This document shows positions 10,576-19,942 of a DNA stretch of 64,000 bases, piece after piece (the first letter of the stretch is position 1; each line of letters begins with the position of its first letter). The translations under genes were made by a program, and so were the position numbers. This stretch comes from Candidatus Microgenomates bacterium (GTDB lineage Bacteria > Patescibacteriota > JACPGU01). The stretch is from contig JACPGU010000002.1 in the NCBI GenBank assembly GCA_016188915.1, forward strand, positions 85,287 through 149,286. The letters are read 5' to 3'. The notes below the pieces were generated by a model that did not search any database, was not told the DNA's origin, and worked only from the letters and a program-made list of their open reading frames with translations.

Positions 10576-11917
10576 GATATCTTTTTTTATTGTCAGAATA
10601 AGCTACAGAAAAACTGATGATGAGAATAAAAAGAAAAAATCCCTGTCTAATATCCCAAAGATAATGATCAAAAAATAAAGCCGGAAAAAGAGCCAAAATA
10701 GAAAAAGACAATGGCAATATGGTTTTTTTAATTAATTTCAGGACAAAAAAACAAAGACCGATGAGGGATAGGAAACCACCTACGCCTAATTCTGCCAACG
10801 TTAGAAGAAAAGTATTATGTACTGGCTGCACCACCCAGGTCGGATACCCGGTCAAAAGATACGCGACATCAATAGTAAAATTACCCAGCCCCACTCCTAA
10901 TATATTATCATTTATCATAATCAAAGCCTTATCTTGCAAAATAGAACGAATTTGAAAAGATTCTAGATTACCAGGATCAGAAAAATCCATCCTGCCAACT
11001 ATCAATGGGTAAGCGTATAACAACAAAGCTAGAATAATAGCCGATAAAGCATAAACTATTTCCAGATGTCTAGTTTTGTCTGATTTCTCATTATTCGCTA
11101 CTTTCATGGTCATATAGATAAAAGATGGCCACATCAAAAAAGCTATTATCCAGATCATTCTAGAAAAAGTAAACAATATCGCCAAAGAAAAAATAGCCGC
11201 TATCGCTAAATTAATATTTATCTGTCGCCATTTTTTTTGTTGAAATAAAAAATAAAAATTGAAAAAGCCAGCCACTAGAATAAAAAAAGCTAGAATATTT
11301 GGATGTGGCAAAGTACCATAAGCTCTAATATGTTTTATGCCGTCTAATGTTATTTTTGCAACGCCATTGTTGTCGGCAGAAATAAACTGCTCACCTAAAA
11401 AATGTAACCCCAAATAACCGTTATTAATGAATTGCCCAATGGCTATCAAGGATTGAATAAATACCGCATAAATAAAAATTTTTAGACACCATTCCAGCCT
11501 ATTAATATTTTTTATTTTGTTAAGAACAAAAAGATAAAGGATCGAGCCAAGACATAAAACAAAAACGTAATAAAGGCTTATAAAAAAATATTCGGCAGAC
11601 AAAATAGATATTAGAGAGAAAAACAATAAAGCCAAAAAAGAAAAAAAGACATATTTGTCCCCTATTTTTATTTTTATTTTGTTTTTTGTAATATTTATTC
11701 CCCAAATAGCCAGAGCCGCTACAAGCAATATATCAAAGCCGTACAAAGAATATGTCAAATACTCCATAAAATACCCTTCCAAATAAGAAAAGTCAGTATA
11801 AAACTCTAATCTCTTCCAGAAAGGCAAGGAAAATATAAATAAACAAAAAAAAGCATAAGAATAATCTATGCTATGGAAAGAATCTCTTATTTTAGTTTTA
11901 AGTAAAGACGGCTTCAT
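10568..11917 (-). CDS. O-antigen ligase/Wzy-like polytopic membrane protein (paralog 3)
   Basis: 449 aa and polytopic. Motif FSRMIWIIAFLMW. First gene of the minus-strand glycan operon. Confidence 0.5.
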   Translation of the reverse strand: MKPSLLKTKIRDSFHSIDYSYAFFCLFIFSLPFWKRLEFYTDFSYLEGYFMEYLTYSLYGFDILLVAALAIWGINITKNKIKIKIGDKYVFFSFLALLFFSLISILSAEYFFISLYYVFVLCLGSILYLFVLNKIKNINRLEWCLKIFIYAVFIQSLIAIGQFINNGYLGLHFLGEQFISADNNGVAKITLDGIKHIRAYGTLPHPNILAFFILVAGFFNFYFLFQQKKWRQININLAIAAIFSLAILFTFSRMIWIIAFLMWPSFIYMTMKVANNEKSDKTRHLEIVYALSAIILALLLYAYPLIVGRMDFSDPGNLESFQIRSILQDKALIMINDNILGVGLGNFTIDVAYLLTGYPTWVVQPVHNTFLLTLAELGVGGFLSLIGLCFFVLKLIKKTILPLSFSILALFPALFFDHYLWDIRQGFFLFILIISFSVAYSDNKKRYHE

Positions 11918-11949
11918 TGTCGCATTATAGCATAAAGAACAAAATATAA

Positions 11950-11975
11950 AAAGAGGGCAAAGCCCTCTTTTTATA
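11950..11975 (-). terminator. rho-independent terminator hairpin
   Basis: AGAGGGC-aaa-GCCCTCT is a perfect 7-bp stem with T-runs on both sides. It lies immediately 3' of the 29-aa micro-ORF on the minus strand. Confidence 0.6.
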
Positions 11976-12001
11976 AACTGCGAATGAACAAAGCCGCAAA
12001 A

Positions 12002-12091
12002 CTATCTTTTCTTTTTCTTGGTGGCCTTTTTCTTTGTCTTTCTCTTTACAGTCTTTTTCTTCGCAGCCTTTTTCTTTTTCTTTGCTGGCAT
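12002..12091 (-). CDS. 29-aa lysine-rich micro-protein (MPAKKKKKAAKKKTVKRKTKKKATKKKKR)
   Basis: Translated by hand because it falls below the track cutoff. ATG at 12091, TAG stop at 12002-12004, 62 percent Lys. It sits in a 275-bp gap between operons and is followed by a strong terminator. Confidence 0.3.
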   Translation of the reverse strand: MPAKKKKKAAKKKTVKRKTKKKATKKKKR

Positions 12092-12192
12092 ATTTTTATT
12101 TTACTAATATTTTATTTTTGTTTAATTTGATTCTATATTATCGCGACTAGGATAATTGTCAATACACAATTTTTATTTTTTTAAAAATAAAA

Positions 12193-12963
12193 CTATTCCA
12201 AATTTTTTACAATGATAAACAACAAAACAAGACCAAAAGCAAAAGAAATAAAATGAGCAAAAGCTCTCAGGGCATTATCGTTATGATCATTTTTTATTTC
12301 TGGTATCAGATCGGTTGTTGAAATGTAGATAAAAGTGCCAGCGGCAAAAGCTAATAGAAATTGATTGAAGCCAAAAAACCTTTCGGAAACAAAATAGCCG
12401 ACCAATCCTCCCACTACCGCGGAAAAAGCAGTCAGTATATTTATCGCCAATGCCTTTTTTTTCTTCATCCCTCTATATATCAAGATGCTCATATCTCCAA
12501 TCTCACTAGGAATCTCATGAAAAATTACCGCCAAAGTAGTAGAAACGCCCAACCCTGGATTAGTCAAAAAAGAAATAGCGATGATAGCGCCATCAATGGC
12601 ATTGTGCAAGATATCGCCCAATATTATCAAATAATTAGTTGATCTCATGGTTTCACAATGAGGATCGTGTTTGGTTCTATAACAATGATTCCATCTTAAA
12701 ATCTGATCTAACACAAAGAAAGTAGTAAAGCCATAAACTACAAAAACAAATATGTCTATTGTCTCTATATTGGTAAGGCCCTCCAAAGACTCAGGAATGA
12801 GATCAAAAAAAGCAGCTCCCAAAAGAGATCCAGCCGCCATAGTTACCAGAAAAGGCAAAACACGATCTAATGATTTTTCCTTAACAAAAAACAAAAAGAG
12901 ACCAGCTAAAGATGTCAGACTGATCAGAGCAGTGGCAATAATAGTAATCAATAAAGGATGCAT
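12193..12963 (-). CDS. zupT: ZIP-family divalent metal (zinc) transporter
   Basis: 256 aa with 8 TM helices. Motifs HNAIDG and VIFHEIPSEIGDMSILI, as in ZupT. Confidence 0.75.
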   Translation of the reverse strand: MHPLLITIIATALISLTSLAGLFLFFVKEKSLDRVLPFLVTMAAGSLLGAAFFDLIPESLEGLTNIETIDIFVFVVYGFTTFFVLDQILRWNHCYRTKHDPHCETMRSTNYLIILGDILHNAIDGAIIAISFLTNPGLGVSTTLAVIFHEIPSEIGDMSILIYRGMKKKKALAINILTAFSAVVGGLVGYFVSERFFGFNQFLLAFAAGTFIYISTTDLIPEIKNDHNDNALRAFAHFISFAFGLVLLFIIVKNLE

Positions 12964-12979
12964 GGCTTAAAAATTAAAA

Positions 12980-13663
12980 TTATTTTATTACATTTGGTAT
13001 TAATTTTTTCTCCCAATTGTCTTTGGTGATTTTTTCTAAATCTATGGCTTGCTTCATTGAGAAAAAACCAGATTTTGTCCTGATCAAGGAAATCAAAACA
13101 CCACCGGTATCCAAAATTTCTCCCAAATCGTTGGCTATACTCCTAATATAGGTACCCTTGCCACAAACGACTTCTATTGATAAAAAAGGCCAATGATATT
13201 TTTTTACCTTTATGCTAAAAATTTTTACCACACATAAAGGTAAAATTATTTTTTTGCCTTGACGCGCCAGATGGTAAGCTTTTTTACCTTTTATTTTTTT
13301 TGCTGAAAAAATAGGTGGTCTTTGTTTTATCTCTCCTAAAAATTTTACCATTTGATCGGTTATATCTTTTTGAGAGGGTATTTTTTTTGTTAAAACTGCT
13401 TCTATTTTTCCATCGCTATCATAGGTATCACTTTTTTTGCCGAATTCAATCATCGCTTGATAGGTTTTTTTGCTATCCATTAAATAACTAATATTTTTAG
13501 TTGCCGATCGACCTATCGCGCAAACCAGTACCCCAGAAGCTAAAGGATCTAGGGTACCAGCATGACCTATTTTTTTTACACCGGTAATCTGTCGCAATCT
13601 TCTGACAACCGCAAAAGAGGTAATACCTGATGGTTTGTTGATCGCTAAAAAGCCTTCCTTCAT
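12980..13663 (-). CDS. truB: tRNA pseudouridine(55) synthase
   Basis: 227 aa. Catalytic motif GHAGTLDPLASGVLVCAIGRSATK. Confidence 0.85.
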   Translation of the reverse strand: MKEGFLAINKPSGITSFAVVRRLRQITGVKKIGHAGTLDPLASGVLVCAIGRSATKNISYLMDSKKTYQAMIEFGKKSDTYDSDGKIEAVLTKKIPSQKDITDQMVKFLGEIKQRPPIFSAKKIKGKKAYHLARQGKKIILPLCVVKIFSIKVKKYHWPFLSIEVVCGKGTYIRSIANDLGEILDTGGVLISLIRTKSGFFSMKQAIDLEKITKDNWEKKLIPNVIK

Positions 13664-13664
13664 A

Positions 13665-14477
13665 TTATCTCACAAAAATTAAGAAAAATATTGCCGAAAG
13701 AACGATTCTATAAATACCGAAAATAATAAACCCTTTCTTTTCTACCAAGCCAACAAACCAACGTATTGCCAAAATAGCGGCAAAGAAAGAAAAAATAAAA
13801 GACAATGCTAGGGGCCAAATACTGGCAAAGAGCAATTCGTCAACATTATCTAATAAAGAAAAGGCAGTAGCGACCAACATAGTCGGTACAGCCAGTAAAA
13901 AAGAAAATTCCACTGCCAATTTCCTATTAAAGCCTATCAATTGGCCGGCAATAATAGTAGCTGCCGAACGAGATACGCCAGGGATAAAAGATAATATCTG
14001 TAAAATTCCCACGAAAACCGCCTGATTGAGATTTATAGTATCTATTTTTTCTGATTTAATTTTTAATTTATCGACAAAATATTTATCAAAAATTATTAAA
14101 AATATTCCACCCAAAAGCAGGGACCATAAGACCACCATTGTGTTGCCTAATAAATAATTTTTGATAAAAGGATAAAAAATAATACCAGCTATGCCAGTAG
14201 GAATAAAAGCTACCAATAATTTGGAGAGGACATGGCGAAAATCAAAAAGATAACGCCAATACAAAAAAATCACAGCCAAAATAGCGCCTGATTGTATCGT
14301 TATCTCAAAATTTTTGAGAAAACTGGAATCTTTCAGTCCCAAAATGTCAGCTGTCAGAATAAGATGCCCAGTAGAAGAAACAGGCAAAAATTCTGTCAGT
14401 CCCTCCACCAACCCCAAAATGATAGCTTGAATACTGTTCATAATCTCCTCCAAACAAAAATCGCCAGTTTCAAACAA
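13665..14477 (-). CDS. uppP: undecaprenyl-diphosphatase
   Basis: 270 aa and polytopic. BacA/UppP motifs EFLPVSSTGHL and FIPGVSRSAATIIAG. Confidence 0.85.
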   Translation of the reverse strand: MFETGDFCLEEIMNSIQAIILGLVEGLTEFLPVSSTGHLILTADILGLKDSSFLKNFEITIQSGAILAVIFLYWRYLFDFRHVLSKLLVAFIPTGIAGIIFYPFIKNYLLGNTMVVLWSLLLGGIFLIIFDKYFVDKLKIKSEKIDTINLNQAVFVGILQILSFIPGVSRSAATIIAGQLIGFNRKLAVEFSFLLAVPTMLVATAFSLLDNVDELLFASIWPLALSFIFSFFAAILAIRWFVGLVEKKGFIIFGIYRIVLSAIFFLIFVR

Positions 14478-14495
14478 AGCGACTTTTGCGCGCGC

Positions 14496-14897
14496 TTAAT
14501 TTTTTGATTCTTTTTTTGCTAAACGCCAGTGATAAAGATACATAGGCAAACCAACCAAAAGCATCGCTAGATTGTTGGCTGCCTGTTCATGACGGCTGGA
14601 AACAACATAATCTATTTTGCCTTGATCGCTTTGCCATTTTTCGTAATCGGCTAACCATTCATCGATATTGATCTTTTGCGCCTCTGTTATGTTTCTTTTT
14701 TCTTTGAGATTTTCTATCTCTTCTATATATGGCGTCGGTGGAGGCGAGTAAGCTAATTTCTGATCTTGATCGGCCTTAGTAAAAACATAGGCCTTCAGCC
14801 CCATGTCCAAAAAACTAATCAAACTAATGGCCATAAAAATAAGCCCCAGAAAAGAGAAAAAGTAAATATAGACAGTTTTTATTGTGCTTGTTTGCAT
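14496..14897 (-). CDS. hypothetical membrane protein
   Basis: 133 aa with TM segments at both the N- and C-termini. No recognisable motif. Confidence 0.4.
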   Translation of the reverse strand: MQTSTIKTVYIYFFSFLGLIFMAISLISFLDMGLKAYVFTKADQDQKLAYSPPPTPYIEEIENLKEKRNITEAQKINIDEWLADYEKWQSDQGKIDYVVSSRHEQAANNLAMLLVGLPMYLYHWRLAKKESKN

Positions 14898-14927
14898 ATT
14901 TTTTTATAATTATTACGATTGAGCGCA

Positions 14928-15119
14928 TTAACAACATTTGCATTTTCTGTCTAGCAATTTACCCAGACCCCCTAAAATAACAATAGATGGCCAGACAATA
15001 GCCACCAATTCAGAAGCCAAAACTCCTAATGTCCCTAGTAAAAAAGTAAGGCCGAAAAGAATTACTAATATCGGTCCAAAGCTATGATGCACGCAATTGC
15101 AAGAGCAACATTTTTCCAT
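14928..15119 (-). CDS. 63-aa two-TM mini membrane protein with terminal cysteine clusters
   Basis: MEKCCSCNCVHH...two hydrophobic helices...DRKCKCC. Nine Cys and two His are concentrated at the two ends. Confidence 0.4.
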   Translation of the reverse strand: MEKCCSCNCVHHSFGPILVILFGLTFLLGTLGVLASELVAIVWPSIVILGGLGKLLDRKCKCC

Positions 15120-15167
15120 ATAGTCTCCTTTGTTTTACTAATAACACAATCGACCCTTTGTTATTTT

Positions 15168-15674
15168 TTAATAATTTTTCAGTAATAAACCAACAGCTAC
15201 TCCTATTATTATGGCCAGCCCTCCAACCAAAAGCATTCTCCAGCTCAAACGCCAAATATTTTCTTTCAACAGTTTGGCGCTAGAAAAGCCTAGAACAAAG
15301 AGCAAGCCCAAAGAAACCGCGATAGAGATAACCAGCGCTATTTCGCTAGTCAAAATCAAATAAGGAGCTAAAACTATAAAACCAAAAAAACAATAAGATA
15401 ATAACATTGTCAAAGCTCCTTTGATGGAATTAGCAAAATAATCTTTTATCTTGCGGCTTTCCTCCAAAGAGCTCTCTGATAAAAAACTTCCTACCCCCAT
15501 TGAAAAAGCTTCTACGAAAATCAGTATGGCGCCAGTCAAAATAATATTGGTCCTATCAATACCGCTAGCCGCTACCCCAGCTAAAAAACCAACTGTAGAG
15601 ACCAGGCTATCTTCCACGCCAAAGATAAAATTGCGTGTAAAAATATCCCTGGTTTGCCTATTGTTTTTTACCAT
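15168..15674 (-). CDS. VIT1/CCC1-family (iron/manganese) transporter-like membrane protein
   Basis: 168 aa. FGVEDSLVSTVGFLAGVAASG resembles the VIT-family helix. Three or four TM helices. Confidence 0.55.
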   Translation of the reverse strand: MVKNNRQTRDIFTRNFIFGVEDSLVSTVGFLAGVAASGIDRTNIILTGAILIFVEAFSMGVGSFLSESSLEESRKIKDYFANSIKGALTMLLSYCFFGFIVLAPYLILTSEIALVISIAVSLGLLFVLGFSSAKLLKENIWRLSWRMLLVGGLAIIIGVAVGLLLKNY

Positions 15675-15687
15675 TTTTTTTGAATTT

Positions 15688-16611
15688 TCACTGATTTATT
15701 ATTTTTTGAAGGGTTTTGGCTTTAATTTGCCGGTCAGAGGGAGTATTCTCCAGTCTGTCTTGTATTTTGTCTTTGATTATATTTTGCTTCAATGGAACTT
15801 TCTGATTGTTCTGACACCATGGCGGCGTTGCCCATGGCCCTTGTGGCGGACAGATTTTACCAATCCACATAATAATTACCACGAGCAAAACAAATCCAAC
15901 GATAGAGCCAGTAGAAATCAAGACTATTTTGACTATTTTGGAAGATTCTTTTTTGTCAGTTTTTAGCTCTTTTCCTCCACTGCCATCTTTAGAAAACCTG
16001 TTGGACGATTGAGCTAATTCTTTTCTGTAAGTTTTTGCCCTTTCTATCTCATCATGAGATCGCAGAACCCGATAAACCTTGACATTATCAGGTATCCCCT
16101 TAAGATGTCTGACGCCTATTTCGGCGGAAGGCACTTCATTTTTATTCATTGAAAGATAAACAGAATCAGAAAAGTAGACTTCGTTGGTTTCTGCTATAGA
16201 TTCAATACGAGAGGCGATATTGACGGCTTCACCGAAATAATCATCTCCCCTGATATTGACCTCACCACTATTGATCCCTATTCTGATCTCCATTTTTTCA
16301 TCATCGGACTCTTTGGCATTGTATTGTAAGAGCTCTTCTTGAATTTTTACTCCGCACAAAACAGCGTTGGTCGGACTTTCAAAGACCACCATAAAAGCGT
16401 CCCCAATGGTTTTGACTATTTTCCCTTTGTATTGAGCAAAAATAGGGCGAATTAATTTTTCTTGAGAATCTATCAAAGACTCTATCTGTTCACGAGTATG
16501 GGTTGAGGTCCTAGAGGTGAACCCTTTCATATCAGTGAACATGATAGTGAGATGTTTTGTCTCCATGGCCCAATTATATAATAATAGTGCAAAAAAGCAA
16601 TCTGTGAGCAT
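15688..16611 (-). CDS. class III adenylate/guanylate cyclase with C-terminal TM anchor
   Basis: 307 aa. Cyclase motifs FTDMKGFTSRT and KTIGDAFMVVFESP...RIGINSGEV. A single TM helix (IVKIVLISTGSIVGFVLLVVIIMWIG) follows the catalytic domain. Confidence 0.7.
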   Translation of the reverse strand: MLTDCFFALLLYNWAMETKHLTIMFTDMKGFTSRTSTHTREQIESLIDSQEKLIRPIFAQYKGKIVKTIGDAFMVVFESPTNAVLCGVKIQEELLQYNAKESDDEKMEIRIGINSGEVNIRGDDYFGEAVNIASRIESIAETNEVYFSDSVYLSMNKNEVPSAEIGVRHLKGIPDNVKVYRVLRSHDEIERAKTYRKELAQSSNRFSKDGSGGKELKTDKKESSKIVKIVLISTGSIVGFVLLVVIIMWIGKICPPQGPWATPPWCQNNQKVPLKQNIIKDKIQDRLENTPSDRQIKAKTLQKIINQ

Positions 16612-16681
16612 TCTCGACTCTCTCTTGTAAATAGCACTCTTTTACGCTACAATATTTGAGATAATTCTTCAAAGAAAATAT

Positions 16682-16753
16682 TCCGCGGTAGCTCAATGGT
16701 GGAGCAATCGGCTGTTAACCGATCGGTTGCTGGTTCGAGTCCAGCCCGCGGAG
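16682..16753 (+). tRNA. tRNA-Asn (anticodon GTT)
   Basis: Hand-folded cloverleaf. Acceptor TCCGCGG/CCGCGGA, D-stem GCTC/GAGC, anticodon stem ATCGG/CCGAT with loop CTGTTAA, T-stem GCTGG/CCAGC with loop TTCGAGT, discriminator G. No CCA is encoded. Confidence 0.85.
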
Positions 16754-16764
16754 TTAATAACAAA

Positions 16765-16790
16765 AATAGACCATATGGTCTATTTTGTTT
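16765..16790. terminator. bidirectional rho-independent terminator
   Basis: Perfect 20-nt palindrome AATAGACCAT|ATGGTCTATT followed by TTTGTTT. It lies between the tRNA-Asn 3' end and the rpoD 3' end, which converge. Confidence 0.6.
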
Positions 16791-16809
16791 AATGCAATTT
16801 TTTGCGGTT

Positions 16810-17940
16810 TTATTTCAAATATTCTTTCAACATTTTGCTCTCGCGGTTGCGACGAAGCTTCAAAAGAGCTTTTGCTTCTATCTGACGGATACGCTCGCGC
16901 GTAACGCCAAACTCCCGCCCCACTTCTTCCAGGGTATGACTTTTACCGTCCTCTAAACCAAATCTCATATTGACGATTTTTTGTTCTCTCGGATATAAAG
17001 TTTTGATAACGCCTCGCAATTGTTCTCTTAAAAGCTGGTGGGTCGCCGCATCATCGGGAGACATGTTTTTGTCATCAGGAATAAAATCTGATAATTTGCT
17101 GTCCTCTTCTTCTCCCACGCTGGTTTCCAAAGAAATAGTACCCTGAGAGATTTTCAAAATATGCTGAACTTTTTCTACTTCCATACTCATTTCAGCGGCT
17201 ATTTCTTCTGGAGTAGGGTCGCGCTGCAACTCTTGCGAAAGTTGTCTCTGCACGCGCGTTAATTTGTTGATAGTCTCCACCATATGCACAGGAATCCTGA
17301 TAGTGCGTGCCTGATCAGCAATAGCGCGAGAAATAGCCTGTCTAATCCACCAGGTAGCATAAGTAGAAAATTTGTAGCCACGATGGTAGTCAAATTTGTC
17401 CACCGCCTTCATCAGTCCTAAATTCCCTTCCTGAATTAGATCTAAAAGTTGTAATCCTCTACCCATATGTTTTTTGGCAATAGAAACAACCAAACGCAGA
17501 TTCGCTTCAGCCAATCTCGCCTTGGCGCCTTCCTCGCTCTTTTCTATTTTTTTGGCTAAAATCACTTCTTCTTCCGATGTCAAAAGAGGAATTCTGCCAA
17601 TCTCCCGAAGGTACATTCTCACCGAATCATTAGAAATATCAGCCAAAGCCATTTCTTGTTGTTTGACTTGTTCGGAAGCATCATCTTCGACAACATCGGC
17701 TGATACTTCACTCTCTTCCGCATTCTCTTCTATGCCACCCTCAGCAACTTCTACTCCTTCTTCTAGCATCACTGAATAAATCTCGTCGAATTTTTCTAAA
17801 TCTTCTTCGGCAGCGGGAACAGCCGATAGAATGTCGGCCTGTGTCACAAATCCTTGGCTACGACCTTTTTCCAACAATTGCTCCAATTCTGGATCGGCCT
17901 TTATTTTACGTGACTCTTTGACGGGTTTTTTCTTAGGCAT
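16810..17940 (-). CDS. rpoD: RNA polymerase sigma-70 factor
   Basis: 376 aa. Region 2 reads [34 protein letters not shown] region 4 HTH is present. There is an acidic N-terminal region. Confidence 0.9.
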   Translation of the reverse strand: MPKKKPVKESRKIKADPELEQLLEKGRSQGFVTQADILSAVPAAEEDLEKFDEIYSVMLEEGVEVAEGGIEENAEESEVSADVVEDDASEQVKQQEMALADISNDSVRMYLREIGRIPLLTSEEEVILAKKIEKSEEGAKARLAEANLRLVVSIAKKHMGRGLQLLDLIQEGNLGLMKAVDKFDYHRGYKFSTYATWWIRQAISRAIADQARTIRIPVHMVETINKLTRVQRQLSQELQRDPTPEEIAAEMSMEVEKVQHILKISQGTISLETSVGEEEDSKLSDFIPDDKNMSPDDAATHQLLREQLRGVIKTLYPREQKIVNMRFGLEDGKSHTLEEVGREFGVTRERIRQIEAKALLKLRRNRESKMLKEYLK

Positions 17941-18036
17941 ATGTTCTATTTAATTTCTAATTAATCTATTTTCTTCCGTCTCCTAATAATAGTAGTAGTT
18001 TATATTTTTAGAGTTTAGGGTTTAGGATTTCTGACT

Positions 18037-19800
18037 CTATATAAGCTCTTGTAATTTTTTCAGCAATTCTTTTGTTTTTTGCTTATCATCTTTCCCTATC
18101 TGGACTATCTCTCTCTCAATCAATTGTCTTTGCCTTTTTTTATAATTAGCCACCAGCTGATCAACTAAAAATTTAGCATCTTTGGTAATATCATTTGGGG
18201 ACAATGAATCAAAAAAAGTCTGCGCCAAAAAAATAGCTAAATCAAATTCCTGTTTGGCCGAAAAATTATCTAAATTATCTTTGATTGTCGCCAGAAAAAC
18301 AGCCTCTTCTGCTATATTCTGATTATGGCAGGCTTCGACTATTTTGTAAAGATTTTTTGTTTTTTCTAGTGTGAAATAATCCTCTTTTATGCTGGAAAGT
18401 ATTTCTTCTCTTACTTTTCCATACAGAACCATCGCTGCTAACAAAATTTCTTCCGGAGATAAAATTATTTCTTGACTTTTTGATTGTTCTTTTTTTGTCT
18501 CGCGTGTCGGTGGATTTTTTACTTTCTGTAAGGCTTCTGCTATATATTTTTCATCCGTTCCTAAGTCCTGACTGATTTTTTTGAGCCAATATGATTTTTC
18601 TATTGGATCTGCTACTCGCGCTATTATCGGAATCATTTCTGAGGCAATCGATTTTTTAGAAGCTAAATCCTGCCCATCTTTATTTTTTTCACTGATTTGC
18701 TGATAATAAAACTCCACCAAATCTATGGGGTGCTCACTGGCATCTATCCAGAAAGAAGGGTTTTTTTGAATTAATTCGTCCGGATCTTTGGCTTTTTTAA
18801 TCAAAATAGCTTTGGCCGCGATATCTTCTGATTTGGTCATCTCCAAAGCTCTTTTGGCGGCCATTAACCCTGCCATGTCCGTGTCAAAACAAAAAGCAAT
18901 ATTTTTCGTATAGCGGGATAATATCTTCACTTGTTCAAAAGTAAGAGCCGTACCTGAAGCCGCCACCACATTATCCACTCCTGCCTGATGGGAAGAGATA
19001 ACATCTAGGTATCCTTCTACTATTATTGCCATATCTTTTGCGCGGATAGACTCTTTGGCGCGATCTAGCCCATAGAGGATACTGCTTTTATCATAGATTG
19101 GTGACTGGGGCGAATTAAGATATTTGGGGGGAGTAAATTTGGGATTATTATTTTCTTTAAATATTCTTCCTCCAAAACCAGCTATTTTTCCATTGATGCC
19201 AATAATGGGAAAGATGATGCGTTCTCTGAATTTATCAACTGTTCTGCCATCGGTATTTTTGGTAATTAGACCCACTTCTGCCATTTCTTTTTCGCTGTAT
19301 CCTTTTTTGGATAAAAAATCTCGTAAAAGTACTGGCTGATGGGAAGTATATCCCAGATTAAACTTTTCTATCGTCTCTTCTGTCAATTTCCTTTTCTCCA
19401 AAAGATACCTTAGGGCTTCTCTGCCAACGGAGGTTTGAAGCAGAATATAATGAAAAAACTTGGCAGCTATTTCGGTTATCGCATAAAGCCTAGTTTTGTG
19501 GTCTTTTTGAACAATATTCTGCCTTTCCAAAATAATTCCTGCTCGATCAGCCAAAAGATGAAGCGCCCCTACGAAATCCAAACCTTCTATTTTTTCAATA
19601 AAGGAAAAAATATCGCCGCCCTGATTGCAACCAAAACAATACCATATCTGTTTGTCGGGTGTCACCATAAAAGATGGCGTTTTCTCCTGGTGAAAGGGAC
19701 AATTGGCGCGCCAATTCCGCCCCGCTTTTTGCAAGGTAAGATAACCTGATATCAGGTCTACTACATCTATTTTTTGTTTAATCTCGTCAGTTTGATCCAC
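18037..19800 (-). CDS. dnaG: DNA primase
   Basis: 587 aa. Zinc-finger CPFHQEKTPSFMVTPDKQIWYCFGCNQGGDIFSF. TOPRIM region EGYLDVIS...DTDMAG. Sits upstream of rpoD in MMS-operon order. Confidence 0.9.
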   Translation of the reverse strand: MDQTDEIKQKIDVVDLISGYLTLQKAGRNWRANCPFHQEKTPSFMVTPDKQIWYCFGCNQGGDIFSFIEKIEGLDFVGALHLLADRAGIILERQNIVQKDHKTRLYAITEIAAKFFHYILLQTSVGREALRYLLEKRKLTEETIEKFNLGYTSHQPVLLRDFLSKKGYSEKEMAEVGLITKNTDGRTVDKFRERIIFPIIGINGKIAGFGGRIFKENNNPKFTPPKYLNSPQSPIYDKSSILYGLDRAKESIRAKDMAIIVEGYLDVISSHQAGVDNVVAASGTALTFEQVKILSRYTKNIAFCFDTDMAGLMAAKRALEMTKSEDIAAKAILIKKAKDPDELIQKNPSFWIDASEHPIDLVEFYYQQISEKNKDGQDLASKKSIASEMIPIIARVADPIEKSYWLKKISQDLGTDEKYIAEALQKVKNPPTRETKKEQSKSQEIILSPEEILLAAMVLYGKVREEILSSIKEDYFTLEKTKNLYKIVEACHNQNIAEEAVFLATIKDNLDNFSAKQEFDLAIFLAQTFFDSLSPNDITKDAKFLVDQLVANYKKRQRQLIEREIVQIGKDDKQKTKELLKKLQELI

Positions 19801-19942
19801 GAAATGGTATTAAGTATTATGTATCAAGTATAAAGCAATGTCCCCTAATTCAAAAACAAAAAGACCGCAGGGGCCTTTTTGTCTGTGTGTTTCGTATTCC
19901 TGTTGCTTAGTTTTTTAGTTTTTTTGTTGCTTAGTTGCCCTC

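Noticed and set aside
19855-19885. Possible terminator AAAAAGACCGCAGGGGCCTTTTTG between dnaG and prx
   Set aside because: The flanking A-run and T-run are present, but I could not form a convincing stem. Only GGCC is self-complementary. Left uncalled.
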